Under the pieces are notes generated by a model. The model was not told the DNA's origin, searched no databases, and was given only the letters and a program-made list of their open reading frames with translations. A stretch of 64,000 nt of DNA, from contig OZ038379.1 of assembly GCA_964036045.1 (NCBI GenBank), forward strand, positions 19,468,001 to 19,532,000, read 5' to 3'. Source of the DNA: Eutreptiella sp. 'Long Island Sound 2002'. Taxonomy: Eukaryota > Protista > Euglenida. Position numbers and translations under genes: made by a program. Shown piece by piece: positions 48,281-58,400 of the stretch (the first letter of the stretch is position 1; every line of letters starts with the position of its first letter).

Positions 48281-48421
48281 CTGGCGAATATGTGCATGTC
48301 CGATGGAAAGCGCTTGTCTGGATCGAGGTACCAAGGACTGCGACCCGACGAATGACTCCGGCGTCTGGAACGCGAAGGCGCTCAGCACAAGCATCAGCAC
48401 AAACACGGGGGTTTGCGTCAT
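48281..48421 (-). CDS. Putative first exon with a signal peptide (likely joined to the Cys-rich exon)
   Basis: ATG at 48421, 22 nt after a TTTCTGCCCCCAG acceptor. MTQTPVFVLMLVLSAFA is signal-like. Candidate donor CAG|GTCCAT is phase 0 like the next acceptor. The link is inferred. Confidence 0.4.
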
Positions 48422-50728
48422 AAATGGTGCGGACAAAGCAAGTCTGGGGGCAGAAACACAATGCAAACGACGCATATTGAAACCAACCAAGCACAGAACT
48501 GCTTGAATTCCCGCGTTCATGTCGCTTTCACAAGGAATACACGACACCCCCTCCCTGTGCAGCAGTGTGTTGCATGTTCGAAATACCAAACACCAAATAC
48601 ACCACAGCATCCCCGGTTGACATCCATCATTTTGCCAAAGGCCTGCTATCACCTACCCCCCCCCCCTTGCATAACCTACGCCAATGCACACAATTATTAC
48701 GGTCCCTAGCCTACTGAGCTTGGACAAGGGCGTGGCTTGCGCACAACACATACAACTGCCGACACACACGTGCGCAGGCCACATGTGCTGAAATTGGCAA
48801 TTCAGGACCTATGGGATGCATCAGACTTCCTGGTGCACCAGCAGGGGGCCACATGTGCCGAAATTGGCAAATGTGACGACAAACCCATGTCTTATGTGGC
48901 CACACTACGTTCCCTACGCCTACTGTAGCTTGGACAAGGGCATAGCTTATACAAAGGGGGGGGGGGGGGGGGACTGTGTGCCCAGTATGGCCACACTGTG
49001 TGGGGCACCCGTTTTGCATGGTCCATTCGCAGGTATCAATGTCCTGAGTCATGTGTCACAGTCCATGTGCAAGCAATGCGCTCATCCAAACAACACCCAG
49101 TGCTATTTGCGAGATTCTTTTGGTACTGTTTATTGGTCGCTTGTCGTTGTTTGTGCTAGGCGGGGGGGGGGGGGGGGTTGAATGAGTGCCTTGCCTGCAG
49201 GTCCACTGTTTTTTGGGTACCAAGCACCTTGGCGGTTGTTGGACGGTGTTAGGGGCCAAGTTTCTGAGCTGTGCTTCCTTCCACCAGTTCTGACTTACGT
49301 TTCAATGTCTGGGTTGCTTCCGACGGTTTCCCCACCTGCAGGTACCGAACGAAATTGAGAACAAAGATATTTTAGAACGAGAGGCCAGAAGCACCTGGCA
49401 GTAGATGCCTTGACAATAGCTCACAGGACATGCTTGCACAAAGGGTTTTCTGATATATTCTTGTGCATTCGGGATTGGGCATGTTTGGATGGTCACCCAG
49501 CTCCACCGATTTTCAGCCTTTCTTCCTCTTTTCAGGGATACGGATATAGACTTAACCATGCTCCATTGTGTGGCCCCTCGAGTGGGGCGATGGAATCATC
49601 CGTGCTCTGTTTTGTCGCTCCTGGAGTTGGGGATATTGACTCATGCACGGTTTGTTGTGTGGCCTCCAGATGGCCTTTGTTTTCCTTGGCCTCGAGTAGC
49701 ACACTGGTATGCCTATGGGCATGGCAGTTCCTGCAGATTTGCATCCTCGCAACCTGTTGTGTGTCCCCAAATTACTCTGTGGATCAATTGCTATAGCGGA
49801 CAGTCCTGATGCATGATTCCCAGAGTTTCGCCAAACACCTTCTGCCAGCTTTCTTGGGCTCGGACCCCCTCCTTAAAAGAAAGAAGAAGTTTCAAGGTTA
49901 CAACACCTGCTAGACTGGGGTCCGAAATTGAGCTGGCGGTGCGAGGAGCAGGCCAATGCGCAAGCTGGATTTTGCATGCCCCCGCCAGGGAGCCAACAAT
50001 CCGTACCATTTGGTGCAGTGGCAATGCATTTCCATGAGAAGCCACTGCCCCTCGCCGACATGCTGAGCAATTGTGGGCACTGCATAAAACACGGCCGAGT
50101 AACCCAATGTACACAGGGGGATGTAGGGACGTGGTGTGCGCAAGCAGTCTACCAGCCACCACATTGGCAAGAGGGGTACCATACTACAGGAGGTTGCCTG
50201 ATGTGCCAAATGGCGGATGGTGTGTGCAACCTACTTTGGCACACTATGTGTGCACCCGCTCTAGGACACACCAGATCTGCTCTGTGGGTGAAGGGTGGGA
50301 ATTCATATTCATATTTACCAGCTTGGCTCTTAAGCTGAGGGTCCCAGCCTTGCCCCTCAACTGAGACAAACAGACCAGGCGCGTAGCTGAGCAATCAGGA
50401 CCAGAGGCTTCTCCCACTCTGCTTAGATTACTTTGTAAGCAGCCTATCTATGGCCCGGTTGCCCCGGCCACGTGTCTTGTACACTGCATGTACTATACAC
50501 CATGGTGTAATGAGTACACCTGTGCCCAGAAATCCTGGGCCACACAATTCCGCCATAACACCCCGGCGCCACTCAGGCAGCTCTGGCGCCATTGGCACCT
50601 CATAACACTCTCCGGTTGAGTCATCGCACATCTCCTCCCGAGCGGTTCCACTCAGTGGGACCATATACTTACCAGCCAGGTCAAAAAGGCATGATGTGTA
50701 GGAGAAGGGGGAAGATATCACATCACAT

Positions 50729-50751
50729 GGGTCTAGTGTGGCACTAGACCC
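50729..50751. other. Perfect 10-bp stem hairpin
   Basis: GGGTCTAGTG-TGG-CACTAGACCC. Confidence 0.8.
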
Positions 50752-51929
50752 CCCAACAGCTGCTGCTCGGCCGCCTTAAAGGGAGGATGGATGGGAAAAA
50801 GCTGACAAGAGGACAGGAGTCCTCGGAAAAAGCTGCAGTGGTTTCAGACCTTCGCTAAGCTTGATTCTCATGGACACTGCCACTTCTTGCGTTCTGCTTA
50901 TCTACAGATCGACAGCTACATGGCTCAACACACTTCCTTGCCCCGCTGCCTACGGGCTCTTCTGCCCACATACTTCTCCTGTCACACAGGGATTGCAGGA
51001 TCTCCCAGTCATGAAGCATAGCATGAAGACCTAATTCCCAGAGGCCAAACTGCAACTTGCGCTAGCAGTGGTCCAGCTACTGTCGGCTCTAACACGACCC
51101 TTCACTGCTTGTCACCCCACAACCTTTTGTGTGAAATGAACTGAAGCCAGTGCGACAGGAACTGGCTCTGCGGTGCCAATCAATGCTGACGCCGGAGTCC
51201 GTCGGATGGTAGTTGACGGCCCACCAAAAATACTTTTCCCGGTGGCGTGGGACAAGCAATGTACACAATTTCCTCCTACAAACGCAAACCCGGAAGTGCC
51301 AATCGACACACTTACTCAGCCTTTGTGGTACCCCCCTCCCCGCAGCCTCTGTATGACATATCAGTCCCTGCTTGTAAAATAGCATCATTGGTTGTTGGGG
51401 ATGCACACTTCCCCAGGTGCTGGTTCAACTCCTCCCCGGTTGCTAACCCCCAAAAGCGGTCCCGGTATGGTTGCATTGCATGCAAACTATACTCAAGGTG
51501 CCCCCCTTCATGCAGCTTCGTGCTGCCTCATCTCAATTTTTGAATGCTGCTTGGTCCCTTGCGATACTGGGTGAGACTGGGACAGTTGGATGTCCCTCGG
51601 TTCACAAGTGCTGCTCCTGCTTCGGTCATGCCCATGACAGTCCAAATTTGCTCTTCGTCGGTGATATGGGAAATGTAGCACAGGGCCAGGGGGAGAGGGT
51701 CGCATGCACGGACCGCGCCCAGCGGGTGCTCCGGGGTTTCTTCAACCAAAGCGTGGCACCACCAAATCCATGATTCCGAAAGTTGCGGACGCGACAGCCG
51801 GGATTGTTTGGACAATGCGTCGTTCGCACAAGAGGGAAAGTGCCACTGCGCGGCACGACATGAGACGAGGGGTCGAGTGCTTGCTTTGCGCCTGCACTCG
51901 GGGGCCACCCCACCACCACGAGTGACCAT

Positions 51930-53330
51930 GGCATTGGTTCACCAGTGAAACAGCCTCCCAGGAAATTCGCATGGCAGGGGGTACACCTCTGCAATCCAGC
52001 CGGCAGTGGTGGGCATGGGGGGCGCTGGATTGAGGGCGTTGTGGGCGTTTGGGGGCATCATCGGCAAATTGCGCTTGTGGCATGAGCTCATGCAGCCGCA
52101 TATTTACATGGGGAGCACTGCACCAGGACCGCGACAATTGAAAGGCCCACAATCTGATGCAAGCAGACAACAGCGGGGCGGCAGGAGTCAACTCCGTGAA
52201 CGAGCAGAACGGCCTGGGGGTCCAGTGCCCAAGGGCTGCGTGACCGTTGTGCAGCTGCTTGCCCTCAGGGTCAAGGGCATATATGGGACAGAGCGCCATT
52301 TACAGGCGCCTCAGCTCGGATACCCCACTTGATGGATGAAATGACTTCGAGATAGAGGACAATCACTGGCATAATGTGGTGGTGACGAGGGGGCAGATCC
52401 GGAAGGGGGGGGGGGGGGTCACGACTGTTTCTTGTCTACAAAAGCTGCCAATCGAATGTGCAGGGGTTCGGTGGTAGCGCACTGGCTCGTGACGAAATTT
52501 GGCACCATATATAATGCACAGGGATCGGGGAAACCGATGCACTGCAAGAGTGTGCGAGTGGACGATTCGGCCTGCGAGTACAGGTGGGGTACCGCTACTG
52601 GGTGGTGTACGGAGCAGGCGGTCACCGGTAAAGCGGCACGGAGGTGGCCCATGACGACTGGAAATGAGGATGACCAGAGACATGGTGCCCCGTTGAACAG
52701 CCTCCGAGGGAAAGAAAGTGTGAACCTGCAACACGCCCTTTGGTTCCTGGTCCCCAAGTGCAAGTCCCGGGGACTCAGGGCCAGTCTACAGTGTCCATAG
52801 CAGAGGGGGGACATTCCACCCAGTCCGACGTGTCCTCCATCCTCCATCCTCCACCCGAAAGGCCAGGGGACGCAGCACCGCACGGAATGCCAGCGTGTGC
52901 GTGTCCTGCTGTTGTTGGTGGGCAGCAGTTCTCTCAGCTACTGAATTTGCCAAGAAGATGTGGTGTGGGTGTTTGCTGAGGGCGGACAGAACCGCACGCA
53001 CGGGTCATTGCATGACAGAGTTTGCATCCTAAAAGTCGCAGCTTGACAAAACCGCACATGCACAGTGGCTGGGACGGGGCGAGGGGGAGGGGGCAGGGGC
53101 CGCTTGCCTACACAGGTACTGCTGCATCCTGCTGAATGAATCGCTTCCAGGCCTGCAGGGAGGGTTTGATTGGACAGGAATTACTGCCGATCCAGTGGAT
53201 CTGTTGCAGATCTGCACTGGCTCACATGTCGCAGGCTAACAACCTGATGTCTTGCCTTCGGGTGTGGCAGCCGCATGCGGCATTTCCTAACTGGAGACTG
53301 GAGATGGCACGGTGCACGTCCCCTTTGTTG
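51930..53330 (-). mobile_element. Degenerate non-LTR reverse transcriptase
   Basis: In the expected order: DVHRAISSLQLGNA (~53277-53322, domain 0), AAFVD (~52434-52448), GV...PLLSACI (domain 4-like), QFADD (52057-52068) and MRISWE. Frameshifted. Confidence 0.55.
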
Positions 53331-53978
53331 GAGGTGCACAGGGTGATTGTTGCATCACCGCGCCCTGATCTTAGACAGGGGATTCGCAACAGCCCGCTTG
53401 CCTTGGTACAAAAAATAAGCGACGGGGGTAGCGGATATTGATGGCTAAACTCAAAACTACCGGGGGACATGGGGCGCATCCCGCTGGGTATCGCTGCGCT
53501 ACACCTTTACGCGATCAGCGTGGGACATGGCATGCCTTCGGCACGAAGCCAAACGAAAGAAATCCCGCCGCACACTTGACCCGTTCCGTGCCCATGGCTG
53601 TGTTTGCAGGACAAGTTTTGGAGTTCTGTAAACTGTAGTCGTAGTGGAGCTACAGTTGTGGCTGCAGCCGCACTTGTGGTCGTCGTGTAAGATACCATTG
53701 CACTTGCAGGGGTCGTGCTGGTGTTGTATTGTCGTCGTGGTAGCGCGCGGTTCCAGGCCCTACACACGGGTCATTTCTGATGACAGCACAGAGCAAATCG
53801 CCAGCACCAGTCGTCCAGGCACGATCCTGAGCCACCAGCAGCCCCTCAGACCCTTTGTTGTCCGCGCCTCAAAAGACTGCCAGCGACCCCACCCCCGACC
53901 GGAGGACGGGGAAGCAGCCGGGGGCATCGCGGGGAGCAGGTGGATCCGCACACGGAATCCTGACCCCATCTCCATCGA

Positions 53979-55469
53979 CTACGCCGTGCCCGTTTCCTCC
54001 CGCGCGGTGGTGCCTTCTGATGCAGCGGCAGGCGGGTGCATCTTGTACACGCCGAAGTGCCGGATGCGCACCGGCGCGGCCGCATCCACCACCTCCGCGC
54101 ACACCAGCCGCACGCGGCTGGCGTTCCGCGCGGGCGCCGCATCGAAGTAGTCGATGGACTTGTGACCGATGGTGCGGCCGTTGAGCAGCCGCAGGGCCGT
54201 CCAGCGGTCGGCCACGAGCACTTCGACGCGGTAGCGGGCGACGTTCTGGCCCGACGCGACGTCCTCCATCGCCATCGTCGCGTCGAAGTGCCGCGCGCCG
54301 TCCGCGAGGTCGATCACGCAGTGCCGGGCGAGCGCGGCGCACGCGGCCTCCACGCCGTCGACGGAGGCCAGGGCCGCGGTGAACGACCGCCGGATGGCGT
54401 CCCCGACGGCGCGGGCCGCGGCCACGTACGGCTCCGGGATGAGCCCGCGGTCGTCCGGTGGGACGTTGGGGATCCAGTTCGCGCCCCGGCCGACGCTGTG
54501 CAGGTACCGCCGCCACAGCTCCGTGGCGTTAAGGTGGTGCCCGGGCCGCTCGCACGCGCCGCTCCAGAACCACGAGCACCCGGGGCCCGACTGGATCGAG
54601 AAGTCCGCCTCCTGCGGCGCGAACACCGCGTAGCCCCCGGCCGCCGGGCGCGTCGCGTTGCACTCGTACCCGCAGAGGCGGTTGTGGGAGGCGGCGCCGC
54701 AGCGGTCGTCGTTGTAGGCCCACAGGCCGTCGAGGCCGTACGCGGACCCGCTCAGGTCGCAGACCCCGCTCTCCGCCGGGTAACAGAGGCAGCCGTCCGG
54801 CCCCGGCAGCACCATCGCCGCGGCGTTCAGCGCGCGGATGTGCTGCACAACGGCGCCCCAGGGGAATGGGGTGAGGCCCGGGGGGCAGGCCCCGCGGGAG
54901 CACTGGGGGTTCGGGTACACGTCCATCCAAATGCGGTCGATGGGACCGTAGCGCGTCATGAGCTCCGAGAGCATCCCGAGCTGCTGGCGGAGGTAGTCCG
55001 CGGGCGGGCGCGTCCACGCGGCGCAGTCCAGGCTCGGGGCGATGTAGAAGCACGGGCTCACGCCGTGCCGGCGGCAGCTGGCGACGAACTCCCCGGCGAT
55101 GTCGCGGCCCGTCCGGCCGAACGGGGACGCCGCGACGCCGTAGGTCGAGTAGCGGCTGGGCCACAGCACGAAGCCTTCGGCGTGGTGGGCCGTGAGGCAG
55201 AGCTGGCGGGCGCCGAGGCTGACGGCCGTCCGGACCCATTGGTCCGTGTCGAGGAGGCGGGGGTTGAAAGCGGAGGCCGGGAAGGCGACGCGGGAGTCGC
55301 CGTTGCAGCCCCGCGGAGTGTCACAGTCGCGAAAGGTGCAGATGCCGAAGTGGAGGAACATCGTGACCTCTAAGTCCATGTACCTGAGCTGACTGGCCGA
55401 AGGCAGCGGGCGGTCGGCGAGGGACAGCGCGAGCCCAGCGAGCCATAGCAATGCTACCGACAAAGACAT
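53979..55469 (-). CDS. Alpha-L-fucosidase, glycoside hydrolase family 29 (GH29B-like) with signal peptide and C-terminal F5/8-type domain; intronless
   Basis: Signal MSLSVALLWLAGLALSLA. Motifs MFLHFG, DTDQWVRT, EGFVLWPS, YGPIDRIWMD (nucleophile), PQEADFSI, SVGRG...NVPPD, MEDVASGQNV and TIGHKSI. TTTTCTCTGCAG directly precedes the ATG. 496 aa. Confidence 0.95.
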   Translation of the reverse strand: MSLSVALLWLAGLALSLADRPLPSASQLRYMDLEVTMFLHFGICTFRDCDTPRGCNGDSRVAFPASAFNPRLLDTDQWVRTAVSLGARQLCLTAHHAEGFVLWPSRYSTYGVAASPFGRTGRDIAGEFVASCRRHGVSPCFYIAPSLDCAAWTRPPADYLRQQLGMLSELMTRYGPIDRIWMDVYPNPQCSRGACPPGLTPFPWGAVVQHIRALNAAAMVLPGPDGCLCYPAESGVCDLSGSAYGLDGLWAYNDDRCGAASHNRLCGYECNATRPAAGGYAVFAPQEADFSIQSGPGCSWFWSGACERPGHHLNATELWRRYLHSVGRGANWIPNVPPDDRGLIPEPYVAAARAVGDAIRRSFTAALASVDGVEAACAALARHCVIDLADGARHFDATMAMEDVASGQNVARYRVEVLVADRWTALRLLNGRTIGHKSIDYFDAAPARNASRVRLVCAEVVDAAAPVRIRHFGVYKMHPPAAASEGTTAREETGTA

Positions 55470-58400
55470 CTGCAGAGAAAAAGGAGTGGGGGCTCTCGGG
55501 CTGATAGAGCGGCGGCACACCAGCTAGTGAGCTGTGGCTCTGTGTGTCAGGGCCATGGGGCTGTATCATGCACATTGTCGACTGGACAGGCAAATGCAAC
55601 TATGAGACACGTGGGTGACTCTTTGGGAAGAAGAACTGTGGGTGTGATGTGTGCACAATGGCACTAATCCCCAAAAAAGGTACCAAGGGGGGACAGATCT
55701 TGGCAAACCGCGAAGTAAGGCCAGGGGATAAATTTTGGGGGGTATAAATTTTGGGTGGGGAGATGCTGCATGTTCTTTTTCTCCTGTCATTCAGTTTGTG
55801 TTGACTGCATGGAACATTCAGAAGGTGAATCTGATTTTGAACTGCAGTGGACTTGATGGCCTCTCTGATGAACCTTCTCAGATATCTTCTCAGGAACCAG
55901 ACAGCGGGTCAGGGGTTGTTGATGGAGACGATGTAGACAGTGGCAATGAAACTGACGGCGGCTCAAGGGGGTATAAATTTGGCAAAATGCCCATTACCAA
56001 GGGCGGAATAAATTGTGAGGGAGTTGGATTTTGGATTTTTGCAAAATGTTGCAAAAATGTTGCAGATTTTTGTGTCTCAACTCTACAATAACGCATTGCG
56101 GCGTCCTCTGGGCTGATACCATGGGGGCTAGCGTGTACAACCAGCGCGGCCATGTCTCCCGCTAGCATGTCGTGTGTGACATGGACGTGCCGGTCTAGGA
56201 TGAGGCAGGGATGCGGGACATGGCAGTGACGTGGTCGGGGCTCCTGTGGGCCCAGAACCCCAACGCCCTGACGGTCGGCCGGAGGGCTAGGCTGACAGCC
56301 TCCTACAGTCCCTTCCCCGTGTCAATGGGCCATGTTTCGAAGGGCCATGAAGCGACGGATACTTAGCTACCAAACGCCCCGGCGACACAAGTCATTTGAT
56401 CATCGCTCAAACTGTTCACAGTGCAGTATCGCCCGGCTGGCCTGCTGCCCTGTTTCATCCGCTCATCCCCCTCCCTCAGAAAGAGGTGAGCTGTTGCTTG
56501 CACAACACGGGCTCCTGCGGCTCCGCTCTCAAGGGGCGAATGGCCAATAACAGCATCCCCATGGAGGCTAGTCTACCCATATTGTCATAGGAAAGGGTCG
56601 AATCAACACAATGCGAAGCAAGCGAGCAGAGCTGGGCAGCTCAACAAATCATGGAAACCTGCCAAACAGCAAGAGTGCAAAATGCATGGTCGCCAAATGA
56701 TCAACCAAACACATCCAAAAGGCAATAGAAGTATTTAGGGAAAATCCAAATTTTCGAAAAAAATTCCGGTGCCACCAAAAAAAACAGCAATTTTGTGGCT
56801 TCCGGGATTTGACAAGGGGTTACACCAACAATTCAACCGCTTGGGGTAGGGTACGGGAATAGGCCCAAAAAGGGGCCGGTATGTGGCGCTTTCCCATATA
56901 TGTGGGCTTGCATGCTTTTGATCTAAAACCCTCTGCGAGGTGATTTTTGGCCGGCGCATGCCAACCTGAAAATCAGCAACTCCTCACTGGTAAGAGCCCA
57001 TGGGGGGGCCAACCAAGGGTACCCAAAGTTTGGACATGGGACCCCCACCGTTCGTTAGGAGGCCCACATACAAGTAAAAAGTTTCAACACACGGCAGCCA
57101 CAACAGGCAAAAAAATTTTCACCCCCCCCCCGAACCACCCCCCCTCCCAAGAAAAGCGGTACCCAGGGAGGAGGGGGGTCAAAATCGAAAAATCAAAATG
57201 ATGATTTTACAAAGGGTTGGACATCCCATATCATGCATTGGGGTATGTTACGTGGGTACCCCCAAAAACAGGGGGTACGGGCGCTCGTGCCTGCGCTTGA
57301 TTCAACCTTTCTGCAAGGTGATTTGTCTCCTTATTCATCACCAAGCCCACAGGTGGAGAGGAGCGACGTGGCTACATAAACGCTCCCTCGGGGCCATACC
57401 TAAAGTGAGAGGGAATAGCTTTGCTCCATCTCCCATGCCGTATCAGGCCCTGCGGCACTGGGAATATAGGAGTGGAGAACACAAAGTGCCAAAAACCGTC
57501 ATGCAGCAAAATGTTTGCCCTGCATGCAACCTGCACATGCCGTGCGCTCAAACGTCTTCTCTTTCTTGGTCACTGCTGGGTGAACGATAAAAAGAGAGGA
57601 AGTGTTGTGACCTGTGACTCCCCTTGATTTTTGAGACAGCCTCTTTTCAAAACTTTGCACCGTGTGCACAAGGTGTGCCCCGTCCCCTGATAGTGGATCA
57701 CTTCGTGCTTCTCATACACAGAATCCATGATGCGACTGACATGAATCTTATCTCCAACAAATCTCACCCAACCATGATCGAAGGTGACCGGGGCATTCAC
57801 GTTTTGACATAGCAACCACATCCCGCGTGCAAACATGGGTCCAAAACATTCCATTTGGGGTTGGGTCACACTGCTCAATCCCCAGTTCACGGGCCTCGTG
57901 ATAAGGATTGATTGTACAGGGGTTGCATGAGCCCAAACGAATCAGAAGCGCCCAATGGCCCTTGTGTGCGTGGACACCCCAGGGTGCCGACATGAATGAC
58001 GACCACCATTTTGGGCAGGGCCCGCCTGCTCTTCAGAGCGAGCAAGGTTCCGAGCGATTTGTTGCTGGTTCATATCATGTCACGGGCCTAGCGAAAGGTG
58101 TCAAGGACGAGTCTGAACGTGCACACAACATTTTACTGGAAACAAGATTCCAGCCACAGTCCCCTTGTGTTGAAAAACACAAGATTGCATGGCAGTACAT
58201 CTCTGTTGTGGTGCGCCCCTATCCCACTGCATCCTGCATGCACCAATCAGGCGGTACTCATCACCCCGTCTTGTCCGTCCAGTCCCCATGCACAAGCCAG
58301 AAAAGGTTCTCAACAGTATGCCAAACTTATGTTTTTGTCAAAACATTGGTTTATCTCCGACCCCCATCGCCGCCTTCGGCGGGCCCCAGAGGTATGGCAC

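Noticed and set aside
50428-50721. ORF with GTGVLITPWCIVH, faintly trypsin-like
   Set aside because: No catalytic His, Asp or Ser motifs. The frame begins across a GTAAGT donor-like site and is too short to call.
55735-56091. Acidic Ser/Asp stretch between GGGGTATAAATTT repeats, like a piggyBac N-terminus or MITE
   Set aside because: No TTAA target duplication, terminal inverted repeats or catalytic region found.
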